Shown in pieces: positions 52,401 to 60,360 of a stretch of DNA of 64,000 nucleotides (positions are counted from its first letter, which is position 1; each line of letters begins with the position of its first letter). Position numbers and translations under genes: made by a program. The notes under the pieces were generated by a model. It was not told the DNA's origin. It ran no database searches and saw only the letters and a program-made list of their open reading frames with translations. The stretch comes from Minisyncoccota bacterium (GTDB lineage Bacteria > Patescibacteriota > Minisyncoccia > Phycocordibacterales > JABAAK01): NCBI GenBank assembly GCA_958295675.1, contig OY282360.1, forward strand, positions 261,466-325,465, in the 5' to 3' direction.

Positions 52401-54583
52401 CCAAGACAGACAAGGAACTCAGGACACCCACCGGCTACACCGGTATCTACCAGAACTGGAATGTGGATGTGGGCGGCAGCAATACAGCGGATGATCCGTG
52501 GAGCATCGTCGCGGGCAACTACCCGGTTCTGGACTACGGCGCGGGCGCGAGTGTTACGACGCAGAGAAACGAACAGCCGGCGATGCTGACCACGCCGACG
52601 ATAGTGCGGCACAGTCCGACAGGTGCCGTCCACACCGACAAAACCCCGACCTTCCGAGTAATCTCACTGACGGAAGGTGCGACGATCACGCTGCACACCG
52701 GCAGTGACTGTAGCGGCGCAGCCCTCACCACCACCCCGACAACCGTCACGGTCGCAAGTAGCGACACCACCAAAGACATTGACTCCACATTTGTCGTCGG
52801 TAGTTACACCATTTTCGCGAAACAGACGAAGGGCAATATCTCCGCCTGCTCATCAGGGGTCTCATTTGAAATTAAGGGAACACCCGCCGCGCCGGCAAAT
52901 ATAGCGATAGCACCAGGAGACACCGAGGTCACCGTCAGCTGGGACAATCCGAACAACCCCACCATCACCAAGTATCAATACCAACAGAAAACAGGAGGCG
53001 GCAATTACGGCTCATGGACGGACATCAGCGGGTCAGACGCATCCACCCTTTCGGAGACCTTCACCGGCCTCACGAACGGCACCGCATATCAATACAAAAT
53101 ACGCGCGGTGAACGCCGCAGGCGACGGTGCGGAATCGGAGACCTCGGCGGCCACGCCGTTGGCAAGTATCTCCGCGGCCCCCGCTTCGGTATCGCTCGCT
53201 CTTGACACCAACGACAATATCACCCCCTACATCACCTCCGGCACCATACCCCGCACCCGTGATACCACCCCCACCATCACATTCACCGCCGTCGGGGGTG
53301 CAACCACCACCGTGAAGTACCGGCAAGGAACCAGCGGCGCGTTCAGCGACACCGGCGTCACGCACACCGGCACCGGCTCAGACACCGCCCGCACCGCCAC
53401 GCTTCCAACGCTCAGCACCAACGGCACCTATCAAGTGGAAGTCACGCAGGATGAAGACGGCATAGGAAGCACAAAAACAGTGAAAGCAGTCACCTACACA
53501 TTTATCTTTGACACGCAGGCACCAACCGTCAGTGCCACCATCGCAAAAACCGGACACGCATTGTCAGGCGGTGTTGACTACCTCAGCATCGGCGACACCA
53601 TCACCGTTACATTCACATTTAATGAAGACATCACCGCAGCACAAACTATCACCGGAAAGTTCGTGAACGACGGCGTTGACATCCCGTCATCAGTAGAGAA
53701 CTATCATACCGTCACCCCGGCACGCACCTCCGCCACCGCGCAGACTCTCACCCTCACCGTCAGAGACGCAGGACCCGATGTCGCCGCGGACAACCTCAAA
53801 TATCAGATCACCAACGGCACCGCACTTACCGACCTCGCCGGCAACGCCCTCGGCGCGCAGAGTGTCACCGCTATAGCGAACACCGTCATAGACACCACAA
53901 AGCCGGCACTCACCCCAACCAAAGTGGGCACCGGCAATGCAGCCACCTACAAAGTCGCCGCCACCGACATTTCACCCGTCTCCGGCAGGACGAAAGATAA
54001 TGTCGCCTCGGGAAGCTGCACCGACACGACCACGACCGGTGGGAGTTGGTCAGATTACACCCCCGGAACAGACACCGGCACCGCCCACGACACCGCCGGC
54101 AGGTGTGTCATCATCACGGATGCGGCGGGGAACAAGAAAGCCCAGCATCTCTCGGACAGCGACAACACGATTCAAGCTGACTTCACCATGGACATCACCG
54201 GCAACGGCACGGCAAACTATCTGGACGCCATTGTCCACTACTACTACGCGCAAAACCCGATCGATCAATCGGCGGGCGGCGCGGTTATGGCGAATTTTAT
54301 CAATGCAAACGACTCACCTGTGAAGACAGGGAGCCCGACCACTACGGCGGCTATCTACACAAGTATGCAGAATTCCGCCACAACGCGTGACTTCACCGGC
54401 AACGGCACGGCAAACTATCTGGACGCCATTGTCCACTACTACTACGCGCAAAACCCGATCGATCAATCGGCGGGCGGCGCGGTTATGGCGAATTTTATCA
54501 ATGCAAACGACTCACCTGTGAAGACAGGGAGCCCGACCACTACGGCGGCTATCTACACATTGCTTCAGAGTTTTGATCTGTGA
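43409..54583 (+). CDS. Giant modular surface protein 6 (3724 aa): 3 N-terminal cadherin-like, variable Ig-like, FG-GAP propeller, FN3 x3, GLUG x3, twin dockerin-like C-terminus
   Basis: Same module set as gene 3 in a different order and copy number. Confidence 0.9.
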   Translation: MYITKELFLTRCIALCVILALLGTLIPTAPYAVGQEGETPEEGGATNTQQEAPEQQAEAPPERVSDNEEQSEPTGSGEEENEEQEDEEEEAAPILSGLTVSDTDLNEPFDSTVTTYTADVANTIETVTISATPTDDIMTVTYDPTDTDTEEDGHQVNLTEGENTVTITVTAEDGVTVQTYTLTITRAAEEEEESEPEDDNTQPANEPADDEEEEAEENEESEEEENEEQEAPAPTLIGLTVSDTDLNETFDPTVTTYTADVANTIENVTVTATADNTMTVAFTDTTDADTEEDGQQVNLTEGENTVTITVTAEDGVTVQTYTLTVTRAAEESSEPEDDDTQPTNEPADDEEETVEEEEGEEESEEEEEQEEANENEEQEDEEETGEETLAPTLSGLTVSDTDLNEPFDSTVTSYTADVANDIENVTVTPTADDTMTVAFTDTTDADTEEEGHQVNLTEGENTVTITVTAQDGVTVQTYTLTITRAAEEEQEEEEESVEQEDEEEEETPAPTAEPAPEQPQPQTQQQQQAQLPDDDTAGTQGAPSGALILILKPSSDSHRHGTIDAVTALPGSPTDGTMIRFTASATSLTNTYETNGITVKTTAAVNDMFRYESTGTKWVFMGNGATTAGISSDVDGITNDDTPTFTIKSSDGGNFGGGGGGDEAFFLFKKDQGCAGLSKPSGAYLDISEVLGWSQASYQTSETNAYDAQIVTQSIEKICLSAGFTDDGQNTSNWSELLEVTIDTTATTPTVAITSGVGTSNPTVRVSSLEPGGATAQLFSDSSCSSSISGTATTGASETHKDITTTTSVAADASIYAKQTDVAGNTACSAAVVNAVPSAAVSDIDLKTGSDTGTQDDDITSDTTAPEIGFTQVAGATITARYRKVGGSWTAIQSGSITATGTAGTITLPLLTAGDGAYEVEITQDDDGNGARSPTATTYMFTLDITAPTVFTSITPAVPSGTPTKFSRTGGVTVALSNEDRFGSATSLSADGTLMAVGVPDDDDRGSDSDGDNRGAVYLFQKSGATWQKIHKFSDHTGSAVTRTRFTSAVTDVDLSDGDNFGSGVSLSASGTLLAVGARNDNTGSDNKGVVHLFQKSGTAWSRVHTFSDHTASTNTETRFTTAVTDVDISSNANFGSAVSLSASGTLLAVGASAAAPNSKGAVYLFEKTGALWSQSLKISDNEGGSGLLDVGLYTDESFGTATSLSASGTLLAVGAPSNDDGGIEKGAAYLFEKTDGSWAKTLKISDNGGGEELLDINLTNGDHFGSAVSLAGTALAVGAYDTGTFNEGSIHLFEKSRAGWSKSLEISENSGGMGLLNISLDNEDEFGSGGSLSADGTVLAAGAPADDDGGDASGAVYLYGVSPVTTARAATVAAFDDEDSSTMKYVKISDSTCTAAQFTGDAGTTYTEESAIIANTFSTDNGKRFCFRVQDAAGNIGYGSSVAITITAPPAPPATPDGLTGTWTTTGVTLNWTDPNDNAITKYQYQQCDSTGATCGSWTDVASSGPTTVTHPITSLTANTGYTFKLRAVNASANSTAASIVGTTGTVYDTDTDGLIDINTIQKLNAIRYDLNGDGTPASGQGTNYTVGFPNGATHLGCPGPCTGYELTADLDLNDETAGIRTDDTYYNGGSGWEPIGTATDSFTGTFNGRGFVINNLSINRTTGTVGLFGNIGSGGTVTAVGIRNADVNGGTNNAGALAGSSAGTITASFSAGTVAGGDGTGGLVGDNSGTVEASYSTATVTGTGDAVGGLVGSSTGSGTLIRASYALGAVTSATNSTQAGGLVGTNRTGAAVTASYHNSAATSQNGEGGATGKTPTQLQTPTGYTGIYATWDDNDIDGSGGNDAPWDFGSNGQYPVLSFGGHRTTMQRSGAVTSVTLAADGSSIAPYTGTGTHRTRDATPTISFTAVANATTTVKYRQGTSGAFTDTGVTHYINTGPSTSRNALLPTLNTNGTYQVEVTQDEDGVGGKTASIFTYTFIFDTLSPTVTPTIAKTGHTQSGDVDYLNVGDGITVTLTFNEDITAAQTIAGKFINDAADIPASGGSHHTITAVRTDATTQTLTLTVRDAGPDVAAGDLKYQITNGAALTDLAGNTLGAQSVTAIASTVIDTTKPTLTPTKTGTGNAATYRVTATDISPVTGRTKDNVILANCTDTTTTDNSWTSYTPGDNTGTADDTNGRCVIITDAAGNSKAQHLSDSASVTAVPAAPTGLTTHWTAGGVTLNWTDPSDSTITKYQYQQCDSTGATCGSWTDIPSSGATTTTYPVTALSANTGYTFKLRAVSATGDSIAVSAVGTTGTVYDTDTDGLIDINTIQKLNAIRYDLNGDGTPATGQETNYTAGFPNGATHLGCPGPCTGYELTADLDLNDNGSGRNDDTYNNSGAGWEPIGADSAGNRFTAIFNGNGFVIDNLLINRGSTGNQALFAATETGAHITAVGLRNVNITGANRSAALVGASKAGTVINASFSTGSITGALATGGLVGYNEGTVEASYSAAAVSGTTAVGGLVGNSQSSGASIKNSYAYGAVTQTGSGNLGGLVGNNHTNATITNSYWDTASTTSAGTGTTGATGKTPTQLQTPVGYTGIYSTWDDSDIGGTSANDAPWDFGTNSQYPVLSFGGHRTTTQRGDVANLSDLTVSAGTLTPAFAANTYTYTMKVPAATATLTVTPTTLHTETLSVTVNGNTVASGSPSAAITLTVGETTDITIVVTPTVGSANTYTLRVTRLKDYDDDDDGLIDIRTHQQLNAIRWDLDGDGTAASGYTTAFPHASTGMGCKVTDHDNNPTTPQQETCTGYELRANINLDTNGNGTSDHGDAYYNNGYGWVPIGQLNSAFNATFSGNGHTISNLHINRTSTYTGLFGFVGGSNNHTRIEGVGLKNVSVRGGISTGALAGRNEKPVTASWVTGAVRGTRLVGGLIGQNTSTVTASYSLASVNVTSNNAGGLIGQQVNGGITASYASGKVTGSGTKGGLVAAKTGSPGDTNNYYNSDTSGMTASALGTAKTDKELRTPTGYTGIYQNWNVDVGGSNTADDPWSIVAGNYPVLDYGAGASVTTQRNEQPAMLTTPTIVRHSPTGAVHTDKTPTFRVISLTEGATITLHTGSDCSGAALTTTPTTVTVASSDTTKDIDSTFVVGSYTIFAKQTKGNISACSSGVSFEIKGTPAAPANIAIAPGDTEVTVSWDNPNNPTITKYQYQQKTGGGNYGSWTDISGSDASTLSETFTGLTNGTAYQYKIRAVNAAGDGAESETSAATPLASISAAPASVSLALDTNDNITPYITSGTIPRTRDTTPTITFTAVGGATTTVKYRQGTSGAFSDTGVTHTGTGSDTARTATLPTLSTNGTYQVEVTQDEDGIGSTKTVKAVTYTFIFDTQAPTVSATIAKTGHALSGGVDYLSIGDTITVTFTFNEDITAAQTITGKFVNDGVDIPSSVENYHTVTPARTSATAQTLTLTVRDAGPDVAADNLKYQITNGTALTDLAGNALGAQSVTAIANTVIDTTKPALTPTKVGTGNAATYKVAATDISPVSGRTKDNVASGSCTDTTTTGGSWSDYTPGTDTGTAHDTAGRCVIITDAAGNKKAQHLSDSDNTIQADFTMDITGNGTANYLDAIVHYYYAQNPIDQSAGGAVMANFINANDSPVKTGSPTTTAAIYTSMQNSATTRDFTGNGTANYLDAIVHYYYAQNPIDQSAGGAVMANFINANDSPVKTGSPTTTAAIYTLLQSFDL

Positions 54584-54610
54584 GGAGAAAAAAGAGGATA
54601 TATTCCATAG

Positions 54611-54730
54611 TTTAAGTTCGAGGCATAACTTAAAATATAACTTTTTATAATTTAAGTTTGAGGCATAACTTAAAATATAAATTTCTATAATGTAAGTTTG
54701 GGGCATAACTTAAATTATAAATCTCCAAAA
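54611..54730. repeat. 3 x 40-bp tandem repeat, each unit with an inverted repeat TTTAAGTT-N8-AACTTAAA
   Basis: Units: tttaagttcgaggcataacttaaaatataactttttataa / tttaagtttgaggcataacttaaaatataaatttctataa / tgtaagtttggggcataacttaaattataaatctccaaaa. Confidence 0.9.
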
Positions 54731-54752
54731 AGCGCATTTTACGGTAGAATTA

Positions 54753-54761
54753 TGGTATAAT
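54753..54761 (+). promoter_or_regulatory. Extended -10 TGgTATAAT upstream of the Fic gene
   Basis: Perfect TGnTATAAT just downstream of the palindromic repeats. Confidence 0.6.
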
Positions 54762-54870
54762 ATGCCACACAGCATATTTTCGTATAACACAAGACAAACA
54801 GACAGAACAGCCGTACACAGCGGGAACATACAGGAAAAACATCTATAATGAGATTGAATATGAGAGTTTT

Positions 54871-55941
54871 GTGCCGAGTCGGGTGAATAAAGCGTACGAT
54901 ATCAAGGATCCGAATGTGCTGATATATGTTGAGAAAGCAATGCATCGTCTCGGTGAACTCAACGCATACTCATATCTTATTCCTGATGTTGATTTCTTTA
55001 TCCGTATGCATATAAATAATGAGGCCGTGAAATCAAGCAGAATTGAAGGAACAAAAACAGGCATAGACGAGGCGATTCTCAACAGGGAAGAGATTAATCC
55101 GGAGATGCGGGATGATTGGCAGAAAGTGCAGAATTATGCGAACGCGATGGAATACGGCATAAAAGAAATGAAAGAATTACCGGTATGTATGCGATTGTTA
55201 TGCGGCGTGCATAAAGAATTGATGCAGGAAGTGCGCGGTGAAGACAAGCAGCCGGGAAAATTCAGAAAAGAACAAAATTGGATAGGCGGCAAGAGCATTC
55301 AGGATGCGTCATTTATACCGCCGCATCCGGATGATGTGTCAGACGCGCTGCAAGATTGGGAGAAATTTGTGAATAACAGGCGAATAACAATATCGGATCT
55401 CATACAAATTGCCATAGCCCATTACCAATTTGAGACTATTCACCCGTTTAATGACGGGAACGGGAGAACGGGTCGTATAGCAATAATACTGCAACTTATC
55501 GAAATGGGTGTGCTGGATAAGCCGACATTGTATCTCTCTGACTTTTTTGAAAAGCATCGGGAAAAATATTACGACACCCTCTCCGCGGTTCGTGATTCAA
55601 ACAAGATGGATCAATGGATTTTGTTTTTTCTGGAAGGTCTTGCGGAAACAGCGAAAAAAGGGAGAGAAACACTCCAAAATATTGTTGCTTTGCGGGAGGA
55701 ATATGCAAGTAAAGTATTCACTTTAGATCGGCAGGCGAAATTAGCGGACAAGATACTCACCCACGCCTTCTCTCATCCGGGGTTTAATGTGGCGGAAATA
55801 GTGCAGCATTGCAAAACATCAACGGCAACAGCGAATGCGGTCATCAGCAAAATGGTGGATTGCGGTATGCTGAAAGAAATAACAGGATACTCCAGAAACA
55901 GGATATTTGTATTATGGGAATATCTTGCTTTATTCAAGTGA
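54871..55941 (+). CDS. Fic-domain protein (class II autoinhibited AMPylase-type) with C-terminal wHTH; real start probably upstream
   Basis: HYQFETIHPFNDGNGRTGR is the canonical Fic motif; SSRIEG is the inhibitory (S/T)xxxE(G/N) motif; EITGYSRNRIF tail. Confidence 0.92.
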   Translation: MPSRVNKAYDIKDPNVLIYVEKAMHRLGELNAYSYLIPDVDFFIRMHINNEAVKSSRIEGTKTGIDEAILNREEINPEMRDDWQKVQNYANAMEYGIKEMKELPVCMRLLCGVHKELMQEVRGEDKQPGKFRKEQNWIGGKSIQDASFIPPHPDDVSDALQDWEKFVNNRRITISDLIQIAIAHYQFETIHPFNDGNGRTGRIAIILQLIEMGVLDKPTLYLSDFFEKHREKYYDTLSAVRDSNKMDQWILFFLEGLAETAKKGRETLQNIVALREEYASKVFTLDRQAKLADKILTHAFSHPGFNVAEIVQHCKTSTATANAVISKMVDCGMLKEITGYSRNRIFVLWEYLALFK

Positions 55942-55969
55942 ATGTTATATCACTCACGCTGTTTCCTTG

Positions 55970-56025
55970 GCAGGATTTTTCACTGAAAGGCAGGTAAACA
56001 CTGTACCTGTCGTGAAAAACTCTGC
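55970..56025 (+). other. Long bulged stem-loop after the Fic gene
   Basis: gcaggatttttcac pairs with gtgaaaaactctgc; inner ggcaggta pairs with tacctgtc. Confidence 0.45.
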
Positions 56026-56044
56026 GATACGGGCATACAGGAAG

Positions 56045-56088
56045 TTTTACACATGTTTGACAAATAATCATTCATAACGGTATACACT
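56045..56088 (+). promoter_or_regulatory. Array promoter motif: TTTTACACA, TTGACA, TACACT
   Basis: Perfect TTWTNCACA at 56045, TTGACA at 56057, TACACT at 56083. Confidence 0.6.
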
Positions 56089-56126
56089 ACAAATATATTT
56101 ATTGGTAGAATAATTTATAATTTTAT

Positions 56127-59100
56127 ATGTATATTAAAAATAAATTTAGCACACGGTTAAGTCTTACAAGCGGTATCACCGCACTGAGTATTATTGTAAG
56201 TGTACTGGCAATGTCTGCGATGCCGGCGTACGCGACGACTCCGGGCGGCACACTGTCTGGGCATGCGCCGACAGAAGCAAGCAACCCGAGCGTGAGAGCG
56301 TACACCTCTGACACATCAGGAGTAAAGTTGCGCATCAGACCGTCAATCACTACCGCGCTGTCAAACACGGTGCCGTTTCCAGCCGGCGATGTATCAACGA
56401 AAGAATTTCTGATATATTCCCGCATATTCTACGACTCAAACAAAGTAACGCCGAGCAATCTTGAAATCGGCGGTGAGACCTACACGGGTACTGTCGGCGG
56501 TAATGCTACTTTGGTGCAGGATAAATATATACACGGGGGAGGTATAAATCTGTCTCCAATAAATATATACGCTGGTTTCTACCAGCTCATAGACACCCTC
56601 AGTATCACAACTCCTCAGGCAAGTTCGCACTGTCTGTTTAATACCGGCATGATACCGGACAGTATTGACGGCACCGACACGTCATCCGCCACTTTGGCAA
56701 CGGTGAAGAGCACGATAGAGGCGCTCGGCTACGACAAGTGTGTATTGGTGGGTGTTTCTATTAACGGTGTCCGTGTTGAGAACGGCATCTCAAAAAATCT
56801 GTTTGCCAACGCACTGACCACCGGCACCAACCTTGATCTCGGTGATGTCAACTTCAACATCGAGGACGGCGCGGGCGGCAATATTGACTTCCTTTCATGG
56901 GTATTTATCAAACAGGGCGCGTCGTCATGGAATGTCTCGCCGGGCACGATTACCAGTATCAGTGATTCAAAACCTCCGACTATCACGCTGGAGGAGAATT
57001 TACCGACCACCACCAGCACCACCGACGATGAGTTTAAGATGCAGGTGAGCGAACCAATCGCGCTCAACAAAGTTACCGTTACCTGTACACCCGGCACGAC
57101 CTATACACCCGGCGGCGGCACCAATATCAATCCGACCCTGATCATCGCCGACAGCACGGGCGGTGCGGCGCGCACCACGGCGATTCCCAAGGGTGTTGAT
57201 GTGTTTGTCAAAATTTCTGCGGGTTTGACCGGTAGCACGCGGTATACCTGCGCAGCGACGGTGTCCGACGGCACCAACACCTCCGCTTCGGCGACGCAGC
57301 TCGGATCGTTCATCTTTGCCGACACAACAGCACCAATGTTTGACAGTATTGCCGTGGAGCGGAGCAGTACGAATAATGCGGATGCCAAGAGCAATAAGTA
57401 TGCGAAAGAGGATGATACCGTAAAAGTAACATTGAATTTCAACGAGAACATAAGCAGCGTCGGGACGGTGGTCATCAAGATGGGTGGTAGCAGTGGCACG
57501 ACGGTAACCTCGTCAGACCCGAAGGATCCGAGCGATGATACCACATTTGATGGTTCCAGTGACACCACAAGCAGCGTGTACTATACATTTGATGTTCCTT
57601 CGGGGGTAAACGGTGCCGTGTATGTTTCAGCGGTTAATTTTATTGATAAAGCGTCAGCCCCGAACACACAAAGCGTTGCACAAAACTACACAACAACTAC
57701 AGCCGACGACACACTGGCATCATTCTTCGTCATTGACACTGTCGCGCCGAGCGCACCGTCAGCACCTGATTTGAAAGCTGGTTCAGACACCGGTCACAGC
57801 GACATTGACAATATTACCAGTAACGAAACACCGATCATCACTGTGGATCTCGCTACCAATGCCGATAGCACCGTTGATCGCGCGCGGGTAACAGCAACCA
57901 AAAGCAGTGAAACCGTGGTCGGCAACAGAAACGGTGACGGTGATGTGACACTCGGTACGCTTGCGGAAGGTACCTGGTCAGTTGAGGTGAACGCGATTGA
58001 TAATGCGGGCAACAGCATCGCATCCGGCAGTCCGCTGAGTGTGAGGATCGACAAAACAGCACCGACAAGCCCGACCGTTCCGCTGAACTCCGCAGCACCA
58101 TTCGCGAGCAGCGACCGCTACATTAACAGTGCCGAGAGTTCAACGAATGCGGCGACAGTATTGGTCGGCACCACAACGGGAGGCGGCAAACATGACGGAT
58201 CGGATGCATTTGCGATTACCGCGAGTGACACAGCTTGCCAAGACGGTCTCACATTCGGCGAATCAGACACCGTGGAAGTGCGGGATGTGTCATCGGACGG
58301 CGTGTACCGCGTATGTTTCCGCGCCGCTGACGAGGCGGGCAACTATGCCTACGCGACCAGTCCCACATTCACGAAGGACACCACCGATCCGACCGTATTT
58401 ATCATAGATTTGACCGTCAATAATTATCAAATTACCGCCGCCGATGCCAATACGCCAACGGCATCATATGTTCTCAACGGTATTGCGTCATCAGGTGTGA
58501 CATGTAACGCCGGACAGACATACACACCGGTGCCGGGGAATAGCCAAATCACCATCACGGCCGGCAATCTACCGTGTGTATCAGTAGCCGATGCCGCAGG
58601 AAACACCATATATTCAACATCAGTCACACAGGGCGCGGCAATAACCGGTATCGGTGTGAGCTCGGAGACAGCAGGCAGCAAACTGATAGGCGGCAGCAGC
58701 ACATTTAATGTATACGGCACGGGACCGGCCGAATCAACAGTCACCCTCCGCCGCCGATCAACCAGTACTACAACTGACACGCTGAGTGATTACGCCACTG
58801 TTATCGGCAGCGACACAATTGCCTCCGGTGCTAGCACCTGGTCCGTGGCGGTCAACCTCGCTGACGACACCTATGATTTCGCAACCACATCCGTGCTCGG
58901 TGACGGTACGGTACTCAACACTCCAGTGCCATACAAAGGGGTGGTTGTTGACACGACAGCACCGACCGCATCACTGTCGGCAACACCGACCGCCGCCAGC
59001 GTGAGCAACGCCACCACAGCCACCGCGACAGTCGCCGGAACCGGTGTGACGCACTATAAATATGAGATTGTCGCGGGAGCATCCTGTTCAGGTGCCACCT

Positions 59101-60329
59101 ACGCTGGCAGTGAAGTTGTGGTCGGAACCGGAATCTCAGAAATTTCTGCTATCTCACCCCTCGCGGACGGACCGGTATCTCTCTGTGTTATCGGCAGGGA
59201 TCAGGCAGGGAACTGGCAGCAAACCGGCACTCCGCACACCTGGACGAAGGACACCACCGGTCCGTCACTCACCTTTGTCTCGCTGACATCGGACAACACG
59301 GGTAATACCGCCTTTTCAAAAGAAAATCATGTACTCACGGCACTCGTGCGTGTTACTGATGCGAATCCGGCGGCAACATTTACTCCGACAGCGAGCATCG
59401 ATGTTTCCGGTCTGACACTCAGCGCGAAATTAGCATCGCGGCTTACCGACGGCAATATTCAGATTGTCGGCACGCTTCCGACATCACTCACCGGAATAAC
59501 CAACACAGCTACACCGTCGGTATCCGTCACCGGCAGCACTGTCGTTGACGCTGCGGGGAACGCTGCCACAGATTTGACACACGCCGCGACCGCGCACACC
59601 GTGGACGATCAGGCACCGACTGTATCGGCAGTATCCGCGACATCAAATGAGCGTGGGCGGACATCTATCTCCTTTACCACCGCGACTGCGACAGCACAGG
59701 AACCGCTTCAGGTAGTACTGAGCCACTCCTGCGACGCTGATGCCGGTTTTGATTCAAAGAGCGTGAGCGGTGCCGGCGCGCAGAGCGTGGTCTACAGCGG
59801 TATCAATGCCGAAACCTATAGCGACTGTACCGTGAAAGTGGTAGACCCGGTAGGACATGAATCCACACCGGTCTCTATCGCTGAGTTCAGCGTGCTGCGC
59901 AGAGGCGGGTCGGCAGGACCGGTCTCCGGAGGAGGCGGTTCCCGCGCTCCCTCACTGTCCGAAAGCCGACAGGGTCCGTCAGCATCCGCATCTCGGGTAA
60001 TCGGATCATCGGCAGGAGCCGCAGCAGCACCTGTCGTGCTATACCGCCGCGGTGATGAGAATCCGCAGATCAGGCAGATACAGCAGTCACTCAATTATCT
60101 CGGACACACAATCGCGGAGAGCGGTCCCGGCTCACCGGGAAGCGAGACCGATTATTTCGGACCGGCAACAGAGCGCGCGGTGATGAGTTTCCAGCAAGCG
60201 AACAGTATGTCCGCAACAGGTGTACTTGACGGAACGACCGTAAGGCAGATTCTCATCATGACGATCATTAAGAGAATAGAGGCAATCAAATTGAGAATTG
60301 CGGAACTGCAGAGCGCAGAGGGAGAGTAG
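56127..60329 (+). CDS. Secreted Ig-like repeat protein with C-terminal peptidoglycan-binding (PG_binding_1-like) domain (1400 aa)
   Basis: Signal peptide (AYA-T); D.TAP-delimited Ig-like repeats; G/S linker; RRGD...IRQIQQSLN...PGSPGSETDYFGPATERAVMSFQ...TGVLD. Confidence 0.88.
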   Translation: MYIKNKFSTRLSLTSGITALSIIVSVLAMSAMPAYATTPGGTLSGHAPTEASNPSVRAYTSDTSGVKLRIRPSITTALSNTVPFPAGDVSTKEFLIYSRIFYDSNKVTPSNLEIGGETYTGTVGGNATLVQDKYIHGGGINLSPINIYAGFYQLIDTLSITTPQASSHCLFNTGMIPDSIDGTDTSSATLATVKSTIEALGYDKCVLVGVSINGVRVENGISKNLFANALTTGTNLDLGDVNFNIEDGAGGNIDFLSWVFIKQGASSWNVSPGTITSISDSKPPTITLEENLPTTTSTTDDEFKMQVSEPIALNKVTVTCTPGTTYTPGGGTNINPTLIIADSTGGAARTTAIPKGVDVFVKISAGLTGSTRYTCAATVSDGTNTSASATQLGSFIFADTTAPMFDSIAVERSSTNNADAKSNKYAKEDDTVKVTLNFNENISSVGTVVIKMGGSSGTTVTSSDPKDPSDDTTFDGSSDTTSSVYYTFDVPSGVNGAVYVSAVNFIDKASAPNTQSVAQNYTTTTADDTLASFFVIDTVAPSAPSAPDLKAGSDTGHSDIDNITSNETPIITVDLATNADSTVDRARVTATKSSETVVGNRNGDGDVTLGTLAEGTWSVEVNAIDNAGNSIASGSPLSVRIDKTAPTSPTVPLNSAAPFASSDRYINSAESSTNAATVLVGTTTGGGKHDGSDAFAITASDTACQDGLTFGESDTVEVRDVSSDGVYRVCFRAADEAGNYAYATSPTFTKDTTDPTVFIIDLTVNNYQITAADANTPTASYVLNGIASSGVTCNAGQTYTPVPGNSQITITAGNLPCVSVADAAGNTIYSTSVTQGAAITGIGVSSETAGSKLIGGSSTFNVYGTGPAESTVTLRRRSTSTTTDTLSDYATVIGSDTIASGASTWSVAVNLADDTYDFATTSVLGDGTVLNTPVPYKGVVVDTTAPTASLSATPTAASVSNATTATATVAGTGVTHYKYEIVAGASCSGATYAGSEVVVGTGISEISAISPLADGPVSLCVIGRDQAGNWQQTGTPHTWTKDTTGPSLTFVSLTSDNTGNTAFSKENHVLTALVRVTDANPAATFTPTASIDVSGLTLSAKLASRLTDGNIQIVGTLPTSLTGITNTATPSVSVTGSTVVDAAGNAATDLTHAATAHTVDDQAPTVSAVSATSNERGRTSISFTTATATAQEPLQVVLSHSCDADAGFDSKSVSGAGAQSVVYSGINAETYSDCTVKVVDPVGHESTPVSIAEFSVLRRGGSAGPVSGGGGSRAPSLSESRQGPSASASRVIGSSAGAAAAPVVLYRRGDENPQIRQIQQSLNYLGHTIAESGPGSPGSETDYFGPATERAVMSFQQANSMSATGVLDGTTVRQILIMTIIKRIEAIKLRIAELQSAEGE

Positions 60330-60360
60330 GAAAAAATATGAGCGAATTCTTTCGCGGTAT

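Noticed and set aside
54611-54730. 40-bp repeats as a CRISPR array
   Set aside because: Units are contiguous with no unique spacers, and there are no cas genes.
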